A DNA stretch of 64,000 nt from Candidatus Uhrbacteria bacterium RIFOXYB12_FULL_58_10 (lineage in GTDB: Bacteria > Patescibacteriota > Patescibacteriia > UBA9934 > GWF2-40-263), in contig CALRBH010000001.1 of NCBI GenBank assembly GCA_943354165.1, positions 16,828-80,827 of the forward strand, given 5' to 3'. Below the pieces are notes generated by a model. That model was not told where the DNA came from, did no database searches, and was given only the letters and a program-made list of their open reading frames with translations. A program made the position numbers and the translations under genes. Shown one piece after another: positions 55,701 to 64,000 of the stretch. Each line of letters begins with the position of its first letter. Position 1 is the stretch's first letter.

Positions 55701-58032
55701 TGTGAATGGTCCGGAAGCTTGTGATCCGGCCGTACCTGGCGGAGGGTTTGAAGAATACGGTGGAGCGTTCTGTCTCGGTGGAGCCAATAACGGCCAGAAG
55801 TGTTCCATTGCAGGGAACTGTCCAGGGGGAAGTTGTGGAGGTAATGCAGCGACCAACGCGTGCGTTCCCTCTAAAATTTGTACCGCTGGAGGGACAAACG
55901 AAATAGGGAATTCTTGTTCAACGAACACACAATGCGACGGTATCGTTTCGATATCGGTTTGTGATGAATCAAGCTGCGACGCCCAGCAAGGCATTATATC
56001 CGGCATCTGTTCTGTTCAGGCGTTCTCGACGACCAGGTCCCGTACCTGCAATGCAAGAGGATCGACGGATCAATGCACATTCATTAAAGCAAATACGTTC
56101 AATGGGTTCGGCGCCTGCAAGGGCGGATCACAACGCTGCGGAAACGGAGCGAAAGAAGGGACGGAGCAGTGTGACGACGGAAATACCAAAGAGGAAGATG
56201 CCTGTACGAACAGCTGTCTCACGAACGTCTGCGGAGATGGAAAAGTGAACCGCGATGCTAACTCAACCGAGTCCTGCGATGACGGGGCGAATAATGGTCG
56301 ACAGCCTGGGTCTGGGGAAATTCCTTACAATGGAACGGCGGTTTTCTGTACCGCGGACTGTAAGTTCCGGACCATCTCCGGCCCGTTCTGCGGGGACAAC
56401 GTGAAAAATCTACCGCAGGAATCGTGTGACGGGGCGCAGGTGAATAAGACCTATTGTTATAATGCAACGACACGAGAAGGGGGTAAGGTGGCTTGTACCC
56501 CACCTAATTCCGCTGCATTTATTGCCGCAGCTACGGCATCTGCACAAGCCGCAGTCACTGCTGCTGCAGCTTCGGCGAATCCAACCCAAGCAAATATTGC
56601 GGCAGCCGCTGCGGCTCAATCCGCCCTTACTGCAGCCTCTGTTGGAGTCTTCATGACCGGTTCGTCTCCAACTACATGTGGTTCACCAGCTACTTGTACG
56701 ACGGTTGGTGTCTGTGACGGAGGTGTTTCTTCAGGGCTGGTTTGTCGAATGGGAACAGCTGCAGATTGTACGGGTGGGACCTGCAAGCCTCCGCAATGTA
56801 CGGCAGATTGTAACGGCAGCTGTCCATTTGATTTCGATCAAATAAGTTTGAAAGTACAATCGGAGATTCCTGGTTCGCTTCGAAAAGATGACATTTCCCT
56901 CTTTAGTTTCCAGAACGCAAATGGGGACGTACCGGATAATGCCACGTTGTTTATCCCAGCATGTGCGGTAGGACGTTCTCTTCAGGTTGATATTGCGCGC
57001 CCCAATGTTGTTCTTCCGACCGTGGATGTCATGATCATGATCGATACCTCCGGAAGCATGGTGAGTAGTGTGGGTGGAGGGCTACGCCGAATTGACGTGG
57101 TCGTCGATGCCGTGAAGCCGATGATTGAGACGCTCATTTCTACCTATCAACAGCAAGGTGGGACCATGCGTATTGCTGTGGGGAGTTTCGAGCTGAGCAG
57201 TGAACACCGAGCTGCACATGGAGCCAATGCGAGTATTGACCAGGAGTTTACTTCTTCTATTCAGCCTTTGCAGGACATGATTGAAACCTATCGCGCGATC
57301 GATAACAACGGCGGAACGCCAACCGAAGCAGGCTTGCAGGTGAGTTTGGACGTATTCAAACCCGAGACGTCTACAGCTCAACGAAAGATTCTTGTGTTCA
57401 TGTCTGATGGAGCGCCGAGCGATGCCGCTGCAATCGCTGGATGTACTACGAACTTATCTGATCTCGCAAAAGTGGGAACGGTCGAACTGGCTCGTGTGAC
57501 AAACTACAATACTGGATGTGGAGGCTTCATCGTTCTATCAGATGTAGTAGGAATTAAAACCGCCGCTGCGCAAAATATCGAAATCTACACCGCAACCGTT
57601 GCGCCCGTTTCGGATGCTCCGTTGATAAATTTTATGCGGCACATTTCTGACGACGGTTGTCCTGCTTCGCATTATGCAAATCCGACCGCGAACTCTTCGC
57701 CAGCGTTTAGTGATGTCACCGGTTGTACGGTGAACCCGCAGAACAACATCCAGTATGCGTATAGCGGGATTACCGCCGTGGCTATCGAGGAGATGTTCCT
57801 GTCCATCAGTAACTCCATTCTCGGCGTCACGCCGTCGTTCGTCCAGTCCGGGACGGGTGGGGCTGTGGTCAGTTCATTCCCCGTGTTGATCGGTGACGGA
57901 ACGGTTCTGCCGATACCAGATTTCTTCGTGTGTGGTCCGACGGAACAGAGCATCCCGCTGTCCGTGTCATTCAGCGGAACCGGGAGCCTCGACTTTGAAG
58001 ACTTCTCCCTTGAATATTGTCCGATTCAGTAA
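52771..58032 (+). CDS. Giant 1753-aa secreted protein: Ig-like domains, Cys-rich repeats, C-terminal vWA domain
   Basis: Signal peptide; DTGSSTTDNIT Big-like domain; CGNG...EQCDDGN repeats; IDTSGSM MIDAS, GGTPT, FMSDG. Confidence 0.85.
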   Translation: MIARARFQPFRVLVLVLFIVFGTGLIDLQPALAVAPRVTGFFVPFPAADGTFTVGTTVVIGLTFDQDVTLTGTPQLILNTGSPATTTINLTRFNSPRTFLFNYAITAGNSSPDLSYVNSSSLVCVSPCVIRNAGNELANLQLPAPGTAGSLSAVRNIVIDAVAPSQPSIDFDAADDTGSSTTDNITNKTSGLTFSGRAEANSTVRLLEGSTVLGTTTALANNTWSIDPVSLAAGVHPVRVTSTDAVGNVSVASTIISLTVDTTRPTVTINKTAAQADPTGTQPIGFTTTFTETVTGFIGTDVTTSASTAPGTKTINITGGQATYTASVSGATGTGTIVASIAAGVASDTAGNLNLASTSTDNSVQFNAPPPPPPPAPAPPTVLSITRIDPSPTSASTVSWSVRFSEPVLNVDATDFHLSPISLTGSGNIRLLTQGSGLAVYTVAADTGTVAAPGPGTLRLDLLDNDSITSAANSISLGGPGAGNASLKGEEYTISAAAPVPPDLLNTIISSAVANTEPPTNGVFINTSGTPTSTTLRNVRVTFDSNKAGSDTFACKIDAEQFAPCTSQFTRSGLSVGSHTFSVQASLGAETDASPASFSWTITAAATDSTPAVLTFNTPGSGAVVNGTVSVSISATDASMPVSVALAVPCGSVSGANPQSVGAAGAATFSWNTLGGTACVNGNRILSAIGRDSASPANTSAAVTRTVNVNNVAQVAPPPIPNTTDTDGDGVLDVNDGAANDPCVPNASSPACPPPPAGGTITLFSNPGSGAGTASVCVQTGAGPSSVNIPSTGFVSAPLFCPATGSNPFGSSATCGDGVKGPFEVCEIGEVKTDTASCNAPVCTRGGIRNFFCIKDLNNGACRFQTVSDSNLASCVPFSCGNGAVDPGEACDDGILNGTQGHCGPDCSFASAFFCGDGFLGGGEQCDCGNSDANRTKPNSFALLRSCSKVNGQYTTGTGISCDFDCTAPGPSCGDAIVNGPEACDPAVPGGGFEEYGGAFCLGGANNGQKCSIAGNCPGGSCGGNAATNACVPSKICTAGGTNEIGNSCSTNTQCDGIVSISVCDESSCDAQQGIISGICSVQAFSTTRSRTCNARGSTDQCTFIKANTFNGFGACKGGSQRCGNGAKEGTEQCDDGNTKEEDACTNSCLTNVCGDGKVNRDANSTESCDDGANNGRQPGSGEIPYNGTAVFCTADCKFRTISGPFCGDNVKNLPQESCDGAQVNKTYCYNATTREGGKVACTPPNSAAFIAAATASAQAAVTAAAASANPTQANIAAAAAAQSALTAASVGVFMTGSSPTTCGSPATCTTVGVCDGGVSSGLVCRMGTAADCTGGTCKPPQCTADCNGSCPFDFDQISLKVQSEIPGSLRKDDISLFSFQNANGDVPDNATLFIPACAVGRSLQVDIARPNVVLPTVDVMIMIDTSGSMVSSVGGGLRRIDVVVDAVKPMIETLISTYQQQGGTMRIAVGSFELSSEHRAAHGANASIDQEFTSSIQPLQDMIETYRAIDNNGGTPTEAGLQVSLDVFKPETSTAQRKILVFMSDGAPSDAAAIAGCTTNLSDLAKVGTVELARVTNYNTGCGGFIVLSDVVGIKTAAAQNIEIYTATVAPVSDAPLINFMRHISDDGCPASHYANPTANSSPAFSDVTGCTVNPQNNIQYAYSGITAVAIEEMFLSISNSILGVTPSFVQSGTGGAVVSSFPVLIGDGTVLPIPDFFVCGPTEQSIPLSVSFSGTGSLDFEDFSLEYCPIQ

Positions 58033-58035
58033 GCT

Positions 58036-58785
58036 ATGACTACTCGCCTGCGTATCGGTTTGATCATCGGCGCGCTCCTTCTCATCGGTGGGATCGGGCT
58101 TGTGTTCTGGCTTAGGAGTCGCGGGCTTGAGTCCGCGCGAAACTCGCTTGAACAGGCCCAACAGCAGGTTGAGGCGGTGAAGGAGACATGTAAGGAAGGC
58201 GATTCGGCTTGTCTGAACACGGTGGTTACGGATGCCGCAGAAGAATTTAAGAGTTCCGCTGCCTGTAAGGAGCTGGCAGGGGAAGCAGCCGATAATTGCG
58301 TATGGACCGTCGCGCGCTCATCGAACGATGAAGCGGTATGTGCGGAGATCGTGAACAGTGAATGGAGCGTCAGGTGTCATGACGGCATCCTGCTTTCAAA
58401 GGCCATGAGTTCAAAGGATCCGTCCGTGTGTTCTCGGATCACTTCCGTTCCGCAGAAGGACCAGTGTTTGGCGGCGATTGATCCCATTACCGCGCAGAAC
58501 TGTTCGTCTCGCGGGAAGAGCGTCGAGGAATGTGCTGAACTTCAGAGCTATGAAACGGCGATCGCGTCTGGAGACTATTCTGCGTGCGCGCAATTCAGCG
58601 GAGAACGGAAGGATTCGTGCATTGACGTTACTGCCGAGTCCGATCCTGACGCCGACGGTCTGTCCGGCGCTGATGAAGCTCGATACGGCACTTCAAACCA
58701 GAAACCCGACACAGATGGCGATGGGTTTACTGATGGTGATGAAGTCGCAGGTGGCTTTAATCCAAACGGCCCGGGCAAATTGTGA
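58036..58785 (+). CDS. Membrane-anchored Cys-rich protein with DxDxDG Ca-binding repeats
   Basis: N-terminal TM; C..I.....C repeats; DPDADGLSGADE, DTDGDGFTDGDE, NPNGPG. Confidence 0.75.
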   Translation: MTTRLRIGLIIGALLLIGGIGLVFWLRSRGLESARNSLEQAQQQVEAVKETCKEGDSACLNTVVTDAAEEFKSSAACKELAGEAADNCVWTVARSSNDEAVCAEIVNSEWSVRCHDGILLSKAMSSKDPSVCSRITSVPQKDQCLAAIDPITAQNCSSRGKSVEECAELQSYETAIASGDYSACAQFSGERKDSCIDVTAESDPDADGLSGADEARYGTSNQKPDTDGDGFTDGDEVAGGFNPNGPGKL

Positions 58786-58800
58786 TATGATTAGCGAAAG

Positions 58801-58878
58801 AAGTTAGTAGTAAGTAGTTAGTAGTAAGTAGTCGACAGGACTTTTTCTACTATCTACTAACTACTATCTACTAACTAC
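58801..58878. repeat. Inverted heptamer-repeat hairpin, TAGTAAG family copy 4
   Basis: AGTTAGTAGTAAGTAGTTAGTAGTAAGTAG ... CTACTATCTACTAACTACTATCTACTAACT. Confidence 0.88.
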
Positions 58879-58882
58879 GCCT

Positions 58883-59563
58883 ATGTTCGACAATGCAAAA
58901 CCAACTGCAGAGCCTGAGGATATCTTTGAGTCGGCCGATACGGGGGCCTCGCCACCCATGTCTCCGCCGCGCGTCCCATCGATGACGACTCCGCCCATGG
59001 CGCGTCCGCAACCTGCAGCGCCCATGATGTCTGCTCCCGTCGCACAAGCTCCTGCTTATGTGCCCTCTGCAGAAGTGAGTGGGGGAGGAGGATTCCCATG
59101 GAAGGGGATTCTTGTCGTTATGGTGATTCTTGGTGTCGTTGGGGGTGCGGCGGCGCTTTCATACATGTTGCTTTCAGCGCGAACACCTTCGACCCCCGGG
59201 ATTCCGAACATTACGGATTCTGTTTTGGAAACTTCGGAACCAATTCCATCTCCCGTGCCTTCCTCCGCTCCTGCTCCGGTTTCGGCGCCAGCGTTTGAAC
59301 CTCCGCCACCCACTGTGACGGACGAACCTGACCAGGACTCCGACGGCCTGTCCGATTCGCAGGAGGCACAGCTTGGGACCAGTCCTATTTCCGCAGATAC
59401 GGACGCCGACGGGCTCTTCGATGCGGAAGAGGTGAACGTCTACCAAACCAACCCGCTCAATCCAGATACGGACGGTGACACGTTCATGGATGGTGCGGAA
59501 GTTCAGAATGGATACAACCCTGCCGGTCCTGGAAAACTTACGCAGACTCCAGGCGCCTCCTAA
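58883..59563 (+). CDS. Single-pass membrane protein, Pro-rich, bacterial TSP3-like DxDxDG repeats
   Basis: TM segment; DQDSDGLSD, DTDADGLFD, DTDGDTFMD, NPAGPG. Confidence 0.75.
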   Translation: MFDNAKPTAEPEDIFESADTGASPPMSPPRVPSMTTPPMARPQPAAPMMSAPVAQAPAYVPSAEVSGGGGFPWKGILVVMVILGVVGGAAALSYMLLSARTPSTPGIPNITDSVLETSEPIPSPVPSSAPAPVSAPAFEPPPPTVTDEPDQDSDGLSDSQEAQLGTSPISADTDADGLFDAEEVNVYQTNPLNPDTDGDTFMDGAEVQNGYNPAGPGKLTQTPGAS

Positions 59564-59569
59564 TCGTTC

Positions 59570-60487
59570 ATGTTCGAGAAATCTCCCACATCTCCTCCAA
59601 CCCCCGTCGCTCCTCCACCCAAAACCGGGCCGGCCATCTTTGTGATGCCTGAGGGGTATCGCGGCGGGACGGGGAAGTTGGTGCAGCCTAAGGTTCCGGA
59701 GCCAGTAAAGCCGGCCGTCGTGGTTATTGCACCACCTCCACCTCCGCCTCCTGTTTCGGCCGGACTCACCAAGCCCGTCGTCAAAAAGAAGAGTCACGCC
59801 AAGTTGATCGTCATCATCGGGCTTCTGTTTATTGCGCTCTTGGGGATCGGAGGATATTTCCTTTTGAATTCAGCGACCCTTGCACCTGCCCCTGCTCCAG
59901 TACCGATTCCTGAACCCGTTCCAGAACCAATCCCGGCACCTATCCCTGAACCGATTCCAGAACCCGTGGGTCCGACTTCTGGCATTGATACGGATGGGGA
60001 TGGATTGACAGATGTAGAAGAGAATTCTATTTATCGAAGCGAACTTTCAATTGCGGATACGGATCAGGATGGATATTCGGACGGATTGGAAGTGGTGAAT
60101 CGTTACAATCCTGCGGCCGTGGCTCCTAAGACACTGCTGGAAGCTGGAATCGTACGGCCGCAAGTCTCGGGAGATATTTCTTTTCTTTATCCCGTAACTT
60201 GGATCGTCCAAGAAGCGGAGGACGGGTCTATGATCCTCACGACCGCGACCGGGGAAACGATTACGTTCCGGACCGTGCAGTCAGGTGAAGGACCAACCCC
60301 AGATGCCGTGGCGTTTACCACCAAGAACGGCTTGCAGGGTTACCGGCCAGCGCGCATCGGAGACCCATTCTATCTCGGGATCCCAGAAGGCGATTTGGCG
60401 GTATTCACCACGTCACTTGGTACACAGACCACCATCGAATATACCTCGACGATTGATCTGATCGTCAACAGCGTAATGTTTAACTAG
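59570..60487 (+). CDS. Single-pass membrane protein, Pro-rich, DxDxDG repeats
   Basis: TM segment; PEPIP repeats; DTDGDGLTD, DTDQDGYSD. Confidence 0.75.
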   Translation: MFEKSPTSPPTPVAPPPKTGPAIFVMPEGYRGGTGKLVQPKVPEPVKPAVVVIAPPPPPPPVSAGLTKPVVKKKSHAKLIVIIGLLFIALLGIGGYFLLNSATLAPAPAPVPIPEPVPEPIPAPIPEPIPEPVGPTSGIDTDGDGLTDVEENSIYRSELSIADTDQDGYSDGLEVVNRYNPAAVAPKTLLEAGIVRPQVSGDISFLYPVTWIVQEAEDGSMILTTATGETITFRTVQSGEGPTPDAVAFTTKNGLQGYRPARIGDPFYLGIPEGDLAVFTTSLGTQTTIEYTSTIDLIVNSVMFN

Positions 60488-60488
60488 T

Positions 60489-60920
60489 GTGGTCACCATC
60501 GACGTAAATTACGGCACGCTCGCGGGCGGGGCGCGGATGGGCGACGTCCGGATCAAAAAAGTTCTCAAGGCGTTTGAACGTGAGGCTCCATCGCCTATCA
60601 AGCGGGAAGTCTCCCTCGCCTTTATCGGTGATCGCGAGATGCGTCGGCTCAATAAGGTCTGGCGGCTCAAGGACAAGACGACGGACGTTCTGTCGTTCGG
60701 TGATGAGAAAGGGAATGGGGAAATTCTCATCTCGTATCCCCAGGCGGTTCGTCAGGCAAAGGCGATGAAACACGGCGTGCAGGATGAACTCGTCTTTCTT
60801 CTCGTCCACGGCCTCCTTCACTTGAATGGTCTCGACCACGAACGACCCATCGACGCCAAACACATGTTTCCGCTTCAGGAAAAAATCTTGCGCTCACTCG
60901 GTGTTGATCCACGCCTATGA
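60489..60920 (+). CDS. ybeY: rRNA maturation endoribonuclease YbeY
   Basis: DKTTDVLSF, HGLLHLNGLDH. Confidence 0.95.
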   Translation: MVTIDVNYGTLAGGARMGDVRIKKVLKAFEREAPSPIKREVSLAFIGDREMRRLNKVWRLKDKTTDVLSFGDEKGNGEILISYPQAVRQAKAMKHGVQDELVFLLVHGLLHLNGLDHERPIDAKHMFPLQEKILRSLGVDPRL

Positions 60921-61300
60921 TCGACATACGCACTCTCCTCACCAGTTTCAAGCATGCGATCCGCGGCGTCGTTCATGTGTTCAAGACGGAACAGAGTTTC
61001 CGGCTTCAATCCATCGCGGCGATGTTTGCTATTGCCATGGCGCTCATCCTGGAAGTCGGGAAGTTGGAGTTTATCCTCATCCTCCTGCTCTCGGTCGCGG
61101 TATTGACCCTTGAACTCGTAAATTCGGTGTTCGAGCGCCTGGTGGACGCCTTCAAGCCTCGCATCCATCCCATTGTCCGGGACGTAAAAGACATTATGGC
61201 CGGGACGGTTTTCCTCGCCGCCCTGTGTGCGGCCGTCGTCGGAATGATAATATTCATTCCACGCATAAGCGTCCTGTTCTTTAGTGTTCAAGGGGTGTAA
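60917..61300 (+). CDS. dgkA: Diacylglycerol/undecaprenol kinase
   Basis: SFKHAIRG, ELVNSVFERLVD, VKDIMAGTV; ybeY-dgkA synteny. Confidence 0.9.
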   Translation: MIDIRTLLTSFKHAIRGVVHVFKTEQSFRLQSIAAMFAIAMALILEVGKLEFILILLLSVAVLTLELVNSVFERLVDAFKPRIHPIVRDVKDIMAGTVFLAALCAAVVGMIIFIPRISVLFFSVQGV

Positions 61301-61313
61301 ACTGCCTGTACGT

Positions 61314-62573
61314 ATGGCTGAGGAAATCTACGCGGGACTAGATATTGGTTCGCGTGCCATCCGCGTGGCGGTAGGGAAACCTGTCCCTGCGGCGGACGGC
61401 AAGCGGCAAATGCATATTATCGGCGCCATTGAGGTGTCGTCTTCTGGTATTTCAAAAGGCACGGTTACCAACCTTGAGGACGCCGTTTCCTCAATTTCCA
61501 AAGCCCTCGAACAAGCAGAACGCGTCACTGGAATCCCTGTGAACGCCGCATGGGTGGGGATAAGTGGCACGCACGTCATTGCCCAGGAAAGCCGGGGCGT
61601 CATCGGTGTCTCCCGCTCTGATGGAGAGATCAAAGAAGAGGATGTAGAGCGCGTGATTGAGGCCGCTCGTACCGTTGCAACTCCCACCAACTACGAAATC
61701 ATCCACGTCATCCCCAAAAGCTTTATTATCGATGGTCAGCGGGGCATAAAGGATCCTGTTGGCATGAATGGTATTCGTCTGGAGGTGGATGCCCTGATCA
61801 TCGAAGGGTTATCTTCTCAAATTAAGAATCTTACCAAATGCGTTTACCGTACGGGGTTGGACATTGAGGACTTGGTGTATTCAATCCTCGGCACGTCGGA
61901 GGCCGTCGTAACGGATCGTCAGCGTGAGCTTGGTGTTTGCGTGGTGAACATCGGTGCCTCCACCACTTCGCTTGCGGTGTTTGAGGAGGGGGACGTGAAG
62001 CATACCGCCGTGTTGCCGGTTGGCGGCGATCACGTCACTTCGGATATCGCCATCGGCCTGCGTACCTCCATCGATATTGCCGAGCAGGTGAAGCTGCGAT
62101 ACGCCACTTGCCGCACGGAAGAGGTTTCCAAAAAAGAAGTGTTTTCGCTTGCGGAGCTGGGTGCTCCGGAGATGGAAGAAGTCTCGCGCCGGTTCGTTGC
62201 TGAGATCACCGAGGCGCGCATTCAGGAAATTTTTGAGCTCATCGATCGTGAACTGAAGAAGGTGGATCGTTCCGGCATGCTGCCGTCCGGCGTCGTGCTC
62301 ACTGGCGGCGGTTCAAAGCTCGCCGGGATGCTTGAATCCGCGCGTGAGACATTGCGCCTGCCCGCTTCCATCGGAACCACCATCGGCGTCAGTTCGGTTA
62401 TTAGTCGCGCGGCGGATCCGTGCATGACGACGGCAGTCGGGCTCCTGCTGTGGGGCCAGCATATCCGTGGAAATCAGGAGCCAAGTGGATTTGGGAGGAT
62501 GATGTCTAAAATGAAGGGTGTGGATAAGTTAGGGAGCATGATTAAGAATGTGTTCCGATCTCTCAAACCCTAG
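61314..62573 (+). CDS. ftsA: Cell division protein FtsA
   Basis: GLDIGS, IKDPVGM.G.RLE, NIGASTT, GGDHVTSDIA, VLTGGGS. Confidence 0.96.
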   Translation: MAEEIYAGLDIGSRAIRVAVGKPVPAADGKRQMHIIGAIEVSSSGISKGTVTNLEDAVSSISKALEQAERVTGIPVNAAWVGISGTHVIAQESRGVIGVSRSDGEIKEEDVERVIEAARTVATPTNYEIIHVIPKSFIIDGQRGIKDPVGMNGIRLEVDALIIEGLSSQIKNLTKCVYRTGLDIEDLVYSILGTSEAVVTDRQRELGVCVVNIGASTTSLAVFEEGDVKHTAVLPVGGDHVTSDIAIGLRTSIDIAEQVKLRYATCRTEEVSKKEVFSLAELGAPEMEEVSRRFVAEITEARIQEIFELIDRELKKVDRSGMLPSGVVLTGGGSKLAGMLESARETLRLPASIGTTIGVSSVISRAADPCMTTAVGLLLWGQHIRGNQEPSGFGRMMSKMKGVDKLGSMIKNVFRSLKP

Positions 62574-62727
62574 CCAAAATGTATCAACACCCTGAGGCTT
62601 CGGCCGAAGGGTCTTTTGTTATTGACTTCCCCTCATGCCACGACTAAAGTGACAAAGATTTCGCTCAAGGTAGCGTATTTTGAACACATAACGTGTTCAA
62701 CCATTCACTACTTGAATCTCTGATCCT

Positions 62728-64000
62728 ATGGCCGAGGTGAAACCTGATATCCAAACAGCAGCGTCCATTAAGGTAGTTGGTATTGGTGGAGGCGGAAGCG
62801 CTGCCATCAACCGCATGATTAACGATAAGATTAAGGGCGTGGATTTTGTTGTCATGAATACTGATGTGCAGGCTCTGAGCATGAACGCGGCTCCTAAGAA
62901 AATTGCCATTGGAAAAACACTCACGCGTGGGCTTGGTGCCGGAATGAATCCCGAGATCGGGGCGAAGGCTGCGGAAGAAAACATTGCTGACATCCGTGCC
63001 GAGCTTGAGGGGGCTGACATGGTATTCCTTACCTGTGGACTTGGAGGTGGTACGGGGACCGGCGCGATTCCTGAAGTGGCAAAAATCGCGAAGGAATTAG
63101 GAGCGCTCACGATCGCTGTGGTGACAAAACCTTTTTCGTTTGAAGGGGCGCAGCGTCGTCGTATTGCGGACGATGGGTTTGAAAAACTTATCCAGCACGT
63201 GGATGCGATTATTACGATTCCTAACGATCGCGTGCTCCAGATCATCGATAAAAAGACTTCATTGCTTGAGGCGTTTGCCGTGGTGGACGACGTGTTGCGT
63301 CAGGGTGTGAAGGGAATTGCCGAGCTCATCACGGTTCCTGGGCTCGTGAACCTGGACTTCGCGGACGTAAAAGCGATCATGGTTTCTTCCGGTTCCGCGC
63401 TCATGGGGATCGGGCGCGCCAGCGGAGAAAATCGCGCCATCGATGCCGCTAAACAGGCTATCGCCTCGCCGCTTCTTGAACTTTCCATCGATGGGGCAAA
63501 GGGTATTCTTTTTACCGTCACCGGCGGAAAGGACTTGTCCCTACATGAACTCTCCGAGGCCGCGAAGATCATCACGGGTTCCGCTGATGAAGACGCTCGC
63601 GTGATTTTCGGCGCCAACATCGACGAGTCCCTTAAGGACGAAATTCGCATCACGGTGGTTGCTACCGGTTTTGACAGTCGCGAGCGCCGCATGGTGACGC
63701 CTGGTTCCGTAGAGGTGCAGGCGCAGGGCACTTGGACTCCAGGGGGACTCCGCGTGCGTGACGACGAGTACGCTCGTACCATCAAGCCGCGCATTCCGTA
63801 TACTCCACCTTCGTCTCCGCCCACCTACACGCCAAAACCGGCAACTCCCGTCATGCAGCCCCAGGAGGAATCCTCTCCGATGCGGATAGAGCCGCGTCAG
63901 GCTCCGGCTCCCATCTATTCGCCAAAACCCCTTCCTCCAAAACCGCAGACCGAGGAAGAAGAAATCGAAATTCCTGCCTTCATACGCAAAAAGATGATGT
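62728..64000 (+). CDS. ftsZ: Cell division protein FtsZ (stop codon just beyond the window)
   Basis: IKVVGIGGGG, NTDVQAL, GLGGGTGTG, NLDFADV, C-terminal EIPAFIRKK. Confidence 0.97.
   Translation, partial: MAEVKPDIQTAASIKVVGIGGGGSAAINRMINDKIKGVDFVVMNTDVQALSMNAAPKKIAIGKTLTRGLGAGMNPEIGAKAAEENIADIRAELEGADMVFLTCGLGGGTGTGAIPEVAKIAKELGALTIAVVTKPFSFEGAQRRRIADDGFEKLIQHVDAIITIPNDRVLQIIDKKTSLLEAFAVVDDVLRQGVKGIAELITVPGLVNLDFADVKAIMVSSGSALMGIGRASGENRAIDAAKQAIASPLLELSIDGAKGILFTVTGGKDLSLHELSEAAKIITGSADEDARVIFGANIDESLKDEIRITVVATGFDSRERRMVTPGSVEVQAQGTWTPGGLRVRDDEYARTIKPRIPYTPPSSPPTYTPKPATPVMQPQEESSPMRIEPRQAPAPIYSPKPLPPKPQTEEEEIEIPAFIRKKMM

Noticed and set aside
36872-58878. TAGTAAG repeats as a CRISPR array
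   Set aside because: Units are 7 nt, inverted and dispersed, with no unique spacers and no cas genes.

Overview
Chromosomal window of a Candidate Phyla Radiation (Patescibacteria/Parcubacteria-like) bacterium, judged from the missing rpmD in the spc operon, a GAD-less AspRS and pilin-anchored giant surface proteins. Housekeeping content: the S10-spc ribosomal protein cluster through secY/adk/map, asnS/aspS, scpAB, parAB, rel, topA, dprA, pth, der, hisS, ybeY, ftsA/ftsZ and four tRNA genes. Accessory content: (1) a complete diversity-generating retroelement (target+VR, hairpin, TR, avd, RT) inserted with a RelBE-type TA pair between dprA and topA. Its avd is antisense and overlaps the RT gene head-to-head across a G9/C9 homopolymer that currently frameshifts the likely full-length Avd, a candidate slippage switch for DGR activity. 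(2) An initiator tRNA-fMet split by a group I intron that encodes a PD-(D/E)XK homing endonuclease. (3) A foreign-looking ~7.7 kb island after tRNA-Leu carrying a tyrosine integrase, an intact attP-like tmRNA 3' end and two paralogous beta-propeller + peptidoglycan hydrolase cassettes. (4) Several families of intergenic inverted microsatellite hairpins. (5) A ~17 kb cluster of pilin-fused, Ig/Cys-rich/vWA and Ca-binding surface proteins, preceded by a YqeY-pilin fusion. All calls come from manual reading and motif recognition; no database searches were run.
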